From the NCBI GenBank assembly GCA_031082145.1, contig JAVHLP010000001.1, positions 301,831 through 365,830 on the forward strand: a DNA stretch of 64,000 bases, given 5' to 3'. Source of the DNA: a bacterium (GTDB lineage: Bacteria; Bacillota; Sulfobacillia; UBA995). The notes below the pieces were generated by a model. That model was not told the DNA's origin. It saw nothing but the letters and a program-made list of their open reading frames with translations, and ran no database searches. Each line of letters opens with the position of its first letter. Positions within the stretch are counted from its first letter, which is position 1. This document shows positions 1-8,696 of the stretch, piece after piece. The translations under genes were made by a program, and so were the position numbers.

Positions 1-997
1 AGTGCAACTCGATCTCCCGCCGGTTGGTCCGGATGAACTGGTAGAGCCGTGAGCCCTCCTCGGTCAGGCGGTACTCCCTTCGATCGGAGACAACAAGCCC
101 CTGCGCTTCGAGCCGTTCAACCCACTGGCCGGGGGTAGGGAACCGCTTGAGCCGGTTCTGCAAGCTCTGCCATCCGGGGTCGCCCTGGAAGCTCTCCAGG
201 AGATCCTGCAGTTCACCCACGCTGCCCAGGTCATCGGCCAGGTCCATGGCCGTCTGCAACTGAACCTGGCGCTTGACCTGCTGGTCGACTGGACTGGTGT
301 CCCGCCGCTGCAGCAGCGAATCCGAATAGCTGCCATAGGGGGAGAAATCGGAACCCCCCCCGGGACCACCTTCGACCGGCCGCAAGCGCTCGACCTTGCG
401 GATCTCGTACCCCTGCGAAACCACTTCCCGTTCCACCGCCGCGCCCAGGTAGAAGAGCACCGGCAGGTGGGCCTCGTCCACCTTCAGCGCCAAATGTACG
501 TGGTTCAAGTGAGCCCGCCGTAGCGATTCCTTTCGACCGTAGGCAAGCGATCCCGAGAGCCGACCGCCGCCGGTACCCGTCTGCAGGTCGACGTAGTCGG
601 CCAGCCGGCGAGAACCCGGCGCCAGGTGCGCCCCCTCCACCCAGGCGAAATCTCGCCAGTAACGGTCAACCGCCTTGAGCAGCGAGCGGGCGACCCGGCG
701 GTGGTCGACTTGGGCTACCTGGTGGAAGACGTCCACGTGGATGACCTCTCCGGTGCGCTGCCGCCGGTAGAAGATCCGGCCCGCATCGCCGTCGACAAGG
801 ACCTGGACCTCGGAAGGCTCGGCAGGGGAAACGGCGTGGACTCGGCGGCTCACCACCATGGTATGGCCCAGCCGCACTCCGAGCCCCCGGTCGAGAATGG
901 CGGGCAAGGCACGGGTGGCCTGGCGAATGGCCTCCAGCTGGCGGCTGTTGAACTGGCCGCCACCGGCGAATCCGGGGATACCCGGCTCGGGCCTCAT
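1..997 (-). CDS. Hypothetical protein, partial (C-terminus runs off the window start). The C-terminal region carries a winged-helix (PadR/MarR-like) motif.
   Basis: Hand translation of the minus strand gives an uninterrupted frame from ATG at 997 to position 1: MRPEPGIPGFAGGGQFNSRQLEAIRQATRALPAILDRG...HLNHVHLALKVDEAHLPVLFYLGAAVEREVV...VERLEAQGLVVSDRREYRLTEEGSRLYQFIRTNRREIELH. The ATG overlaps the stop of the upstream ChlI-like gene (ATGA). It is absent from the ORF track, probably because it has no in-window stop. Confidence 0.5.
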   Translation of the reverse strand, partial: MRPEPGIPGFAGGGQFNSRQLEAIRQATRALPAILDRGLGVRLGHTMVVSRRVHAVSPAEPSEVQVLVDGDAGRIFYRRQRTGEVIHVDVFHQVAQVDHRRVARSLLKAVDRYWRDFAWVEGAHLAPGSRRLADYVDLQTGTGGGRLSGSLAYGRKESLRRAHLNHVHLALKVDEAHLPVLFYLGAAVEREVVSQGYEIRKVERLRPVEGGPGGGSDFSPYGSYSDSLLQRRDTSPVDQQVKRQVQLQTAMDLADDLGSVGELQDLLESFQGDPGWQSLQNRLKRFPTPGQWVERLEAQGLVVSDRREYRLTEEGSRLYQFIRTNRREIELH

Positions 998-2472
998 GAC
1001 TGGACTTCCGGCAACCTCACCAGTTCATCCGGAGGCAGTTCCACCATGGGCCTGGCCAAGGCTGGCGGCGCGAAAGGCGTTACCTGCATGGGATCGGCCA
1101 GGGCGCCGGGAGCGGTGAGATCTCTCGATCGAGACCCGCGGTCCACCATGCGGCGCGCCATCCCGGCCGAGCCCGAGTCGCCACCCTGCCACCCCGCGGT
1201 CCCGCCCACCTTGCCGCCACCGCCGCTTACAGCTCCAGGACCGTCCAGAGAGCGCTTCAGCTTGGCCAGGAGCCCCCCCCAGGAGCGGGCCGGCGTGGCG
1301 GGAGGTGCCGCCACGGCCATCTCGCCAGGGGTCTCCACCTGGCCGTCGGCCCCACCGTCACCGTCGGCCGCCCTGCGCGGCATTTCCCGGTCCGGCCGGT
1401 TGCCCCACTCCTCCAGGTGCTTCATGATCTCGGTGATGGTAGCCAGGTCGGCCCGGTGGTGCAGGGCAAGCGGCGCCACGGCCAGGACGTCGCGCAACGC
1501 TACCTCGTCCCGCCCTTCCAGTACGGCGTGGATGTGGGCCCCGAGCTGAAGTGCTTCCACCGACCGGAGGCTCTCCAGGCTGAAGTCAACGTACAAGCTG
1601 GCCACCAGACGGCGCAGCGGGAGGGGAAAGACGACGACGCCATACCTGGCCAGCACACGGTGCCAGATCTCGCTCTCATCGACGGGCAGGGATGCTTCCC
1701 GGCGGCCAGAACCCCGGCAGGCAAGGATCTCGGCCACAACTTCAACCCTGCCCGGTCGGGACATGCCGATGACGAAGTCGAAACGGTCGGATAGCTGCTT
1801 GCGAATATCCTCCAGGGGACCGGGGTCCTCGTCGGGGTTGGAGGCTGCCCACACCGAGACACTCAGCGGCAGCTCTACCCGTGGCAAGCCTGTCTCCTCG
1901 ATCTGGATGCGGCCAGGTTTGGTCCCCATCACGTCCAAGAGCACGTCGGCCAGTTCGGGCGCGGTGTCGGCCAGCCGGTTGATCTCATCCACGAAGATGA
2001 TGCCCCTGTGCGCCTGGGGTAGGGAACCCGGCAGCAGGGCCGCCTGGGGCCTGGTCGCTTCGGTCAGGCGCCCCAAGTCTACGCTTCCAACCACCGTGCC
2101 CACTTTTGCCGAGTGCGAGATCTCCAGGAAAGGCATGGGGATCCACTCCGCCTCCCACTCCCCGCCCGGCCCATGCTGGGGGCAGTGGGGGCGTTCCGGG
2201 TCGCAGTTGAACAGGCAGCTCTTGATGCGACGGACGCGTGGGAGAGCTTGCCGGGCTGCCCGCAGGATGGTGGTCTTGCCGGTACCCCGAAGCCCTTCGG
2301 CATGCAGGTGCAGGGGGGAGCCCGCCAGGGTGGAGAGGATGGACATCTCCACCGAGCGGAACAGCTGTGCGTTACCGTCGTGCCGTACCAAGCCGGGTGA
2401 GAGTCGCAAGGTAGCCTCCAGTGGCATTTGCCACGCCCTATTCTCCCCGTCGCTGAGTCGAGCGTATTCCAA
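994..2472 (-). CDS. ChlI/BchI-like AAA+ ATPase (Mg-chelatase subunit I family) with a ~150-aa Gly/Ala/Pro-rich C-terminal extension.
   Basis: Walker A GLRGTGKTTILRAARQALP. Walker B/sensor block AHRGIIFVDEINRL...VLLDVMGTKPGRIQIEETG...SNPDEDPGPLEDIRKQLSDRFDF, collinear with BchI/ChlI. LFNCDPERPHC insertion as in ChlI. Low-complexity C-terminus. Confidence 0.8.
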   Translation of the reverse strand: MEYARLSDGENRAWQMPLEATLRLSPGLVRHDGNAQLFRSVEMSILSTLAGSPLHLHAEGLRGTGKTTILRAARQALPRVRRIKSCLFNCDPERPHCPQHGPGGEWEAEWIPMPFLEISHSAKVGTVVGSVDLGRLTEATRPQAALLPGSLPQAHRGIIFVDEINRLADTAPELADVLLDVMGTKPGRIQIEETGLPRVELPLSVSVWAASNPDEDPGPLEDIRKQLSDRFDFVIGMSRPGRVEVVAEILACRGSGRREASLPVDESEIWHRVLARYGVVVFPLPLRRLVASLYVDFSLESLRSVEALQLGAHIHAVLEGRDEVALRDVLAVAPLALHHRADLATITEIMKHLEEWGNRPDREMPRRAADGDGGADGQVETPGEMAVAAPPATPARSWGGLLAKLKRSLDGPGAVSGGGGKVGGTAGWQGGDSGSAGMARRMVDRGSRSRDLTAPGALADPMQVTPFAPPALARPMVELPPDELVRLPEVQS

Positions 2473-2507
2473 CCGAGATCTGGCACGACGCCACCCGGCG
2501 TGGCAAG

Positions 2508-2780
2508 ATGTCCCGGGGGTGGTCAGTGGTGAAAGCGGCGGTGTTCCACCTGCTCGTGGACTGGGCCTTCGGCGCCCTGAACCTCCACCGCCTGGCTGTC
2601 GGGGTGGTCGCCTTAAACACCTCGGCCTTGCTTTTGTGGGAAAAGGTCGGTTTCCGCCGCGAGGGGGTGTGGCGGGACGGCTACTTCTGCAAACATGAGT
2701 TCAATGACTTCGTGATCATGAGCTTGCTAGAGGACGAGTTCAGAAGCGCCCGCGAGAACGCCGCCGGTCCTCCGGGCTAG
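2508..2780 (+). pseudogene. GNAT-family N-acetyltransferase remnant (C-terminal ~85 aa only; N-terminal half missing, motif A degraded).
   Basis: HLLVDWAFGALNLHRLAVGVVALNTSALLLWEKVGFRREGVWRDGYF...FVIMSLLEDEF matches the RimL/RimJ-type GNAT C-terminal beta5-alpha4-beta6-beta7 region. SRGWS sits where the GxGxG acetyl-CoA motif should be. There is an in-frame stop ~18 codons upstream and no N-terminal domain anywhere in the 330-nt gap. Confidence 0.5.
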
Positions 2781-2803
2781 CGGCTTCCAGCGCATCGGCC
2801 GGC

Positions 2804-3241
2804 TTACCGGTCGGCAACCGCCTGCAGTCCCACCTCCTCTCCCAGCGCCGCGAGGAAGGCCAGATCCACCGGCCGCGGCCCGGGCGCACCGGCCAGAACA
2901 TGGCGGGAAGTGCGGGGCGGGTAGGGCCGGCGGGCGAGGCCCCTGTCCACCACGCTGTCCTTGTCTACCGGGGTATCTTGCCGCCAGGGCCACACCTGGA
3001 TCCCCTGGCTCCGGTAGTCCACCAGGTAGGCGGGCACCAGAAGGCAGCCCAAGGCCTGGAGGGCCTGCACCCGGTGATGGCCGTCCAGGATGATCAGCGT
3101 CACCCGGTCGACCAGTACCGGCTCCCGCAAGCAGCCATCCCTCCGGATCTCGTCGGTCAGCGAGGCCAGCCGGTCCTCCTCCACCTCTTCGTGGGGCAGC
3201 AACGCCCCGGTCTCCATAAGGGCAAAGCTCAACTCACTCAC
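2804..3241 (-). CDS. ParB/Srx (sulfiredoxin)-fold domain protein, 145 aa.
   Basis: PVLVDRVTLIILDGHHRVQALQALGCLLVPAYLVD matches the ParB N-terminal / Srx core (DGHHR; compare GGCHR in Srx and GERRxRA in ParB). GTG start 3 nt after the trpB2 TAG, with a GGGAGG RBS 9 nt upstream inside the trpB2 3' end. Confidence 0.65.
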   Translation of the reverse strand: MSELSFALMETGALLPHEEVEEDRLASLTDEIRRDGCLREPVLVDRVTLIILDGHHRVQALQALGCLLVPAYLVDYRSQGIQVWPWRQDTPVDKDSVVDRGLARRPYPPRTSRHVLAGAPGPRPVDLAFLAALGEEVGLQAVADR

Positions 3242-3243
3242 GG

Positions 3244-4605
3244 CTACCGGCCTCCCGCCACCTGCGGCAGCTGGGCGAGCGCTCGCTCGATCTCCTCCCG
3301 CGGATGCTGGTAATCCTCCAGGAGCCCGTCCAAGTAAGCCTCGTAAGCGCCCATGTCGAAGTGGCCGTGACCGCTCAGCCCGAAGACAATGCAGGGTTCC
3401 GTCTTCTCCCGCTCAGCCTCCCGAGCCAGTTCCACCACGACTTGGATGGCGTGGGCGGATTCGGGAGCGGGGAGGATGCCCTCGGTACGGGCGAAGAGGC
3501 TGGCAGCGGCGAAGGCGTCGAGCTGCCCTACCGCCCGGGCGGAGATCAGGCCGTGATGCAGGAGAGCGCTGGCCAGCGGGGCAGCCCCATGGTAGCGCAG
3601 GCCTCCGGCGTGAATGCGGGGCGGGACGAAGCTGTGCCCCAAAGTGAACATGTGAGCAACGGGCGCAATCCCCGCCGCGTCACCGTAGTCGTAGGCGTAG
3701 ACTCCCCGGGTCAGGGTAGGGCAAGCGGCCGGCTCGGCGGCGATCACCTGAGGGCCGGTGCCGTCAAGACTCAGGAGGGGGAAAGCCAGGCCGGCGAAGT
3801 TGCTGCCGCCCCCGAAGCAGCCGACCACCGCGTCCGGCCGTTCGCCGGCCATCTCCAGTTGCCGTCGGGTCTCCAGACCGATGACCGTCTGGTGCAGCAG
3901 GACATGGTTCAGCACACTTCCCAGCGAGTAGCAGGCACGGGGGTCGCCCGCCGCGTCCTCCACCGCCTCGCTGATGGCGATGCCAAGACTGCCGGGGGAG
4001 TCGGGCTGGTCTTCCAGGATGGCCCGGCCGCAGGCGGTGCGAGAACTGGGACTTGGGGTCACGTCGGCCCCATGCACGCGCATGAAGGCTTTCCGGTAGG
4101 GTTTCTGCTCGTAGCTAATCCGCACCATGTAGACCGTGCATTCCAAGCCGAAGAAGGAGCAAGCCAGGGCCAGGGCGGACCCCCACTGGCCGGCGCCGGT
4201 CTCCGTGGTCAGCCGCCGGGTACCGTCGCGGTGATTGTAGTGGGCTTGGGCGACGGCGGTATTCGGTTTGTGGCTGCCGGCCGGGCTGACCCCCTCGTAC
4301 TTGTAGTAGATCCGGGCCCGGGTCGGCAGGGCCCGCTCCAGCCGCCGGGCCCGCACCAGCGGCGTGGGCCGCCACAACCGGTAGACATCCAGCACCTCGC
4401 CGGGGATGTCAACGAACCGCCGGGAGGTCATCTCCTGCTCGATGAGTGACGGCGGGAAGAGTGTCGCCAGGTCGTCCGGGCCCAGGGGCTCAAGTGTTCT
4501 CGGGTGCAGGGGGGGGTTGGGACGGAAAGGCAAATCCGCCGCCAGGTTGTACCAAGCCGTGGGGATCTCGTTCTCAGCCAGCAGGTACTTGATCGATCCG
4601 GTCAC
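3244..4605 (-). CDS. trpB2: Tryptophan synthase beta-like PLP enzyme, TrpB2 clade.
   Basis: [17 protein letters not shown]-terminal signature of TrpB2 and a ~450-aa PLP fold (GSHKPN lysine motif). The likely start is GTG at 4605, preceded by GAGGAGGAG at 6-nt spacing. The ORF-track start TTG at 4629 lies inside the terminator U-tract. Confidence 0.85.
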   Translation of the reverse strand: MTGSIKYLLAENEIPTAWYNLAADLPFRPNPPLHPRTLEPLGPDDLATLFPPSLIEQEMTSRRFVDIPGEVLDVYRLWRPTPLVRARRLERALPTRARIYYKYEGVSPAGSHKPNTAVAQAHYNHRDGTRRLTTETGAGQWGSALALACSFFGLECTVYMVRISYEQKPYRKAFMRVHGADVTPSPSSRTACGRAILEDQPDSPGSLGIAISEAVEDAAGDPRACYSLGSVLNHVLLHQTVIGLETRRQLEMAGERPDAVVGCFGGGSNFAGLAFPLLSLDGTGPQVIAAEPAACPTLTRGVYAYDYGDAAGIAPVAHMFTLGHSFVPPRIHAGGLRYHGAAPLASALLHHGLISARAVGQLDAFAAASLFARTEGILPAPESAHAIQVVVELAREAEREKTEPCIVFGLSGHGHFDMGAYEAYLDGLLEDYQHPREEIERALAQLPQVAGGR

Positions 4606-4927
4606 TCTCTGCTCCTCCTCTCGAAGCAAGAAACCCGTCCCCTATGGGGACGGGTCTTGTCCGCGGTGCCACCCCGCTTGAGAAACCGCCTCCGCCCGGC
4701 GGCGTTCTCGCTCTGGGGGTACGGGGCCCATCAGGCGGATGAAGGCCCTTATACCCTTTCCCGGTAACGGGGGAAGGCCGGCGTTGTCTACTCGGTCGGA
4801 GCCTTTGGATACGCGGCTCCCGGGTCCATTCGGGCGCGCCTCCCGGCGCCGGGCTCACACCGACCCCGGCTCGCTAGGCCGGCAGGGCTGCGCCTACTAG
4901 TCCCGTTCATGGCCTATGGTATTTGGT
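4606..4927 (-). promoter_or_regulatory. Candidate T-box riboswitch leader, tRNA-Trp specific (UGG specifier), with a terminator/antiterminator directly upstream of trpB2.
   Basis: Minus-strand leader contains GGGGUGGCACCGCGG (T-box consensus AGGGUGGNACCGCGG; the UGGC bulge pairs with tRNA-Trp GCCA) at 4674..4661. It is followed immediately by hairpin CCCGUCCCC-AUAG-GGGGACGGG plus UUUCUU (4654..4628). A GAAUGGA specifier-like loop with the Trp codon UGG lies at 4831..4825. Leader length ~320 nt. Confidence 0.6.
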
Positions 4928-4934
4928 TGGGTAC

Positions 4935-4953
4935 ACTTTAGCACGCCCAAAAA
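4935..4953 (-). promoter_or_regulatory. Sigma-A-type promoter for the T-box/trpB2 transcript.
   Basis: Minus strand TTGACA (4953..4948), 17-nt spacer, TAAAGT (4940..4935). Confidence 0.45.
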
Positions 4954-5038
4954 CCCATGTCAAGCGGCGGCCTGGAACAACCGCAGTCCGAAACGGGTGC
5001 CAGTGAGCCCCGCAGCCAGAGTGGCCGGGACGATACGC

Positions 5039-6358
5039 TCAGATCACCCGGCCATGCCGGGAGCAGTAGTCGAGGATGATACCGGCGCCGAGGCGGCACC
5101 CGACAACCAGGCTGTCTTCATCAATATCAAAGCCCGGCGTGTGCAACATGGCCGCTATCCCCACAGCGCGGTTGGCCACTCCCAGCCAGAATAGAACCCC
5201 CGGCAGTTGCCGCTGGAAGACCGAGAAATCCTCCGACCCCACCGGCAGCGGCGCCCGGAAGGAGATGAGATTGGCGGGACCCACGGCCGCCGCGGCCGCC
5301 GGCGCGACCTCCGCCGTCAGCACCGGATCGTTCACCGTGGCCGGCACCGCTTCTTGCCAGTCGAGCTGGTAGCCCAGCCCCGTCCCTGCCGTGACCTGGT
5401 CCAGGACAGCTCTGACCCTTGCCGGCAAGGCGGCCCGCTCCTCCGGGTGGGCCGCCCGGGCAATCCCCACCAGGTCGGCCCCACCCGCCTCAACCCCGGC
5501 GGCCTGGGGGGAGAAACCAACCTCAACCGCCTTTAGCAGTTGCGGCTCACCCCGGATGACGGCGGCGAGCAGATCGTCGAAGGCCTCGACGCTCCCCGGC
5601 AGCTGGACGTTGCTCAAGCCCCGGACGGCCGTGGCGCACCGTTCCCGGACCGCCTGGCGATCAGCCGGAGTGGTTCGGCCCAGGAGATTCCGGAGAGCGA
5701 CCCGCACGTCGTCGAGAGGGGGGAGGTTGACGCCAGGACCCAGCCCGACTTGACCGACCGGCAACGGGAAGGCGTGAAGCGCGAAGATGGCCTCCGGGCG
5801 GGGGTTGTCCAAGACCCCGGCGCCGATCATCGCCCGGGCCCCCAGGGCAGGCTCCTCAGCCGGCTGGAAGATGAAGACCACCGTACCCGGCAACTGGCGG
5901 CGAACCCCGGCCAGCACTTCGGCGATTCCCAGCCCGATAGCCGTGTGGGCGTCGTGGCCGCAGCAGTGCTTGACCCCGGGAACCCGGGAGCGGTAAGGAG
6001 CCGTGAGGCCGTCACTGAGCGGCACGGCATCCATGTCCGCCCGCCAGGCCACGACCGGTCCCGGCCCGCCTCCCTGCAGCACGCCAACCACTCCGTGCCC
6101 GCCAACACCACACCGGACCTCGTCCAAGCCCAGCCGGGTGAGACGCTCGGCCACCACCCCGGCAGTCCGTTCTTCCTCAAGCGAGAGCTCGGGATGGGCG
6201 TGAAAGTCCCGGCGCAGGGACACCAGCCGTTGCTTCAGACCGGGACCCCTGCTCTCAAGTGAGCTCGGGTCAACCAGCAGTCTCGACTCCCTCCCATAGA
6301 ACCGGTGGTGGAGGCTACCGGACGATCTTGCCCCCCGCCATGACCCGAACCCCGTCAA
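5039..6358 (-). CDS. M20D-family amidohydrolase (N-acyl-amino-acid / hippurate hydrolase-like). The true start is probably downstream of 6315.
   Basis: LRRDFHAHPELSLEE...T signature, GHDAH metal ligands, ~390-aa core. The ORF-track N-terminus overlaps the upstream M29 gene, and a GGGAGGGAG RBS sits near 6295. Confidence 0.8.
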   Translation of the reverse strand: MTGFGSWRGARSSGSLHHRFYGRESRLLVDPSSLESRGPGLKQRLVSLRRDFHAHPELSLEEERTAGVVAERLTRLGLDEVRCGVGGHGVVGVLQGGGPGPVVAWRADMDAVPLSDGLTAPYRSRVPGVKHCCGHDAHTAIGLGIAEVLAGVRRQLPGTVVFIFQPAEEPALGARAMIGAGVLDNPRPEAIFALHAFPLPVGQVGLGPGVNLPPLDDVRVALRNLLGRTTPADRQAVRERCATAVRGLSNVQLPGSVEAFDDLLAAVIRGEPQLLKAVEVGFSPQAAGVEAGGADLVGIARAAHPEERAALPARVRAVLDQVTAGTGLGYQLDWQEAVPATVNDPVLTAEVAPAAAAAVGPANLISFRAPLPVGSEDFSVFQRQLPGVLFWLGVANRAVGIAAMLHTPGFDIDEDSLVVGCRLGAGIILDYCSRHGRVI

Positions 6359-7358
6359 GGTACAGATCCGGCTCGGGGATGACGAAGTCCTGGTGGTAGT
6401 CGGCGGTCACGACTCCCCCCATGTGCGAGCTGTCACCCAGTGCCAGGTGCACGGTGCCGCCGATCTTCTCCGCCTCCACCGTTACGTCCAGCCGCCTGGC
6501 GTTGGGATTGGTGCCCACCCCCAACTCCGCCAGGTTGCGCCGGGGGGCCAGGGCAGCTTCGGGCTGGCCGGTCAAGCCAAGCACCTCGCGTAGGACGTCC
6601 CCCACCCGGCCGCCGCCGGTCACCTGGTGGGCCTCACCCCCGGCCAAGGTGATGGTCATGTCCTCCTCGAGGCGTGGATGCCACCCGGCCCGGACCACCA
6701 GCCGTCCCTCACCGGTTCCCTCTACAGGAGCGGTGAAGGCCTCTCCCGCCGGCAGGTTGCCCCAGCGTCCGGGAGTCCGGTATATCCCGTCGTCCGGTCT
6801 GCCCTCGCGCCCCTCCAGGCTGAACCTGATATCAGTGCCGGCCGGACAGGTAACTCGGGCCGACCGGGCCGCCGTCAACCAGGAAGCGATGCGGGCGGTC
6901 TCCTCGGCCAGCTTCTCATAGTCGCAAGACATGGCCCCGCCGGGGTAGAACATCTCCGGCAGGAAAGCGGGCATGCTGGCGAGCCGCGCGCCCGCCCGGC
7001 AGGCCTCCTGGCGGGCATCGGTGTGGCTCAGGGAGTAGCTGGTTATGGCCACCACGACATCGTGCTCCCGCATGGCCCCGGGAGCAGGCGGGGGAGGCTC
7101 GGCTCCCGAACGCCCGGTGGACTCGAAGGTGAGGAAACTGACGGCCCGGTGGCCCTCGGCTGCCACCTCCGCCACCTGACGGGCCAGGAGTGCCCGCCGC
7201 AGGTTCTGCTCGAGCACCTCCGGGTCAAGGCCAGTCCAATGCTCGGGCCGGGGCCGATCGGTGATCACCAGCAGCTTGTCGTCGGCCCCCAGGCCGAGGT
7301 TCACCCGGAGCATGTTCCAGACCCCGTCGCGGATCTGATCCCGGTCAACCCAGGTCAC
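6315..7358 (-). CDS. M29-family (aminopeptidase T / AmpS-like) metallopeptidase.
   Basis: ELGVGTNPNA...GTVHLALGDS...HQDF blocks typical of thermophilic aminopeptidase T-fold proteins. Confidence 0.7.
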   Translation of the reverse strand: MTWVDRDQIRDGVWNMLRVNLGLGADDKLLVITDRPRPEHWTGLDPEVLEQNLRRALLARQVAEVAAEGHRAVSFLTFESTGRSGAEPPPPAPGAMREHDVVVAITSYSLSHTDARQEACRAGARLASMPAFLPEMFYPGGAMSCDYEKLAEETARIASWLTAARSARVTCPAGTDIRFSLEGREGRPDDGIYRTPGRWGNLPAGEAFTAPVEGTGEGRLVVRAGWHPRLEEDMTITLAGGEAHQVTGGGRVGDVLREVLGLTGQPEAALAPRRNLAELGVGTNPNARRLDVTVEAEKIGGTVHLALGDSSHMGGVVTADYHQDFVIPEPDLYLDGVRVMAGGKIVR

Positions 7359-7502
7359 GTCATCACCCCTTCGCCATGGTTCGCAGCCGTCCTCCGGCCG
7401 CCGGGATCAGTTTCCGGCAGGAGGGATCTTTCTCCTTCCCAAGGCAAAAAGGGAAACGCGCCGCCGGGGAGAAAGCCTGGAAGGACAACAGGGGGTGCCC
7501 AT

Positions 7503-8696
7503 GTGTCCGTCCGTCCCAAGCTGCTCGCCGCCTTTCTGCTTCTCCTCATCCTGTCGGCCCCGGCGGGGTCGGTGGCCGCCTACGAGCCGTCGCCGGATCC
7601 CGTGCCGGCCCGGGCCAGGGTACTGACGGTCCTGGAAGATGAGGAGGCCGAGGAAGGTCCCTGGGGTTTCGCCCTGCGGCGACAGACGGTAACCCTGCGC
7701 ATCCTGACCGGCCCCTACCGTGGACAGAGCTTCACCGTTGATAACTACATCCCCGGACAGCCGGCCTACGACATCATCCTCAGCGCCGGCGACACCGTGC
7801 TGGTCGCCATCGAGGAGGCCGAAGGCGAGCCGGTGGCCATCTTCATCGAGGACTTCGTGCGCGACCAATACCTGTACGTCCTGGCCGCGCTGTTCGCCCT
7901 GAGCCTGGTGGCGGCCGGCGGTAGAAAGGGGCTTCGTGCCCTGCTGGTGCTGGTCCTGACCATCCTGGGAGTCTTCTTTGTCCTGCTCCCCCGCCTGCTG
8001 GCCGGCTCCGCGCCGGTTCCCACCACCATATGCGTCTGCGCCCTGGTCACCCTGGTCACCATGCTGATGGTGGCCGGTCCCGGCCGCAAGGCTCTGGCTG
8101 CCACCCTGGGGGCCACCGGCGGGGTTGCCGTGGCCGGGATGCTGGCCCTTTACAGCGGCGGCCTGGCCAGGCTAATGGGGCTCAACGCCCAGGAAGCCCA
8201 GCTCCTCTATTACGTGGAAGACCTGACCCTGGACTTCCGGGGACTCCTGTTCTCCGGTATGATCCTGGGAGCCCTGGGCGCCATCATGGACGTGTCAATG
8301 TCCATCGCGTCGGCCACCGAGGAGGTACGCCGGGCAGCTCCCCGGCTGAGCCCGCTGGCTCTGTTTCAGGCCGGCATGAACGTGGGCCGCGACGTCATGG
8401 GAACCATGGCCAACACCCTGATCCTGGCCTACACCGGTGGCGCCCTCCCCCTATTGCTGCTGCTCATGGCCTACAATGCCAGCCTCATCAAGGTCATCAA
8501 CCTGGACCTGATAGCCACCGAGGTGGTCCGGGCCTTGACCGGCAGCATCGGCGTCGTGCTCTCCGTTCCCATCACCGCCGCGCTGGCCAGCGCCGTATTC
8601 GCCCGCCCCGCCGGGCGGAGAACCGTTATCCGGGCGCGGGCGATCTCCCGCCCACCGGTCCAGAGAGATCTCCCTCCAGGGTCACCCCCGCAGTGA
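7503..8696 (+). CDS. YibE/F-family integral membrane protein.
   Basis: GTG start with GGGGG 7 nt upstream. Signal-like RPKLLAAFLLLLILSAPAGSVAA followed by multiple TM helices. The first 290 codons of the ORF-track frame are antisense to the M29 gene and are rejected. Confidence 0.7.
   Translation: MSVRPKLLAAFLLLLILSAPAGSVAAYEPSPDPVPARARVLTVLEDEEAEEGPWGFALRRQTVTLRILTGPYRGQSFTVDNYIPGQPAYDIILSAGDTVLVAIEEAEGEPVAIFIEDFVRDQYLYVLAALFALSLVAAGGRKGLRALLVLVLTILGVFFVLLPRLLAGSAPVPTTICVCALVTLVTMLMVAGPGRKALAATLGATGGVAVAGMLALYSGGLARLMGLNAQEAQLLYYVEDLTLDFRGLLFSGMILGALGAIMDVSMSIASATEEVRRAAPRLSPLALFQAGMNVGRDVMGTMANTLILAYTGGALPLLLLLMAYNASLIKVINLDLIATEVVRALTGSIGVVLSVPITAALASAVFARPAGRRTVIRARAISRPPVQRDLPPGSPPQ

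Noticed and set aside
626-1549. 307-aa plus-strand ORF
   Set aside because: Antisense to the ChlI-like ATPase and to the coupled downstream gene, both of which show clear protein-family signal. Low-complexity Pro/Gly/Ala composition typical of GC-rich antisense frames.
2804-3241. ParB-like ORF as a chromosome-partition ParB
   Set aside because: Too short (145 aa), with no HTH or dimerisation domain and no parA neighbour. It is retained instead as a ParB/Srx-fold enzyme-like protein.
3304-4449. 381-aa plus-strand ORF
   Set aside because: Entirely antisense to trpB2, which has unambiguous homology. No motifs.
5540-6262. 240-aa plus-strand ORF
   Set aside because: Antisense to the M20 amidohydrolase. 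Arg/Pro/Gly-rich artefact.
6627-7500. N-terminal ~290 codons of the 689-aa plus-strand ORF
   Set aside because: Antisense to the M29 peptidase. The YibE/F gene has its own RBS and GTG at 7503 with a signal-like N-terminus.
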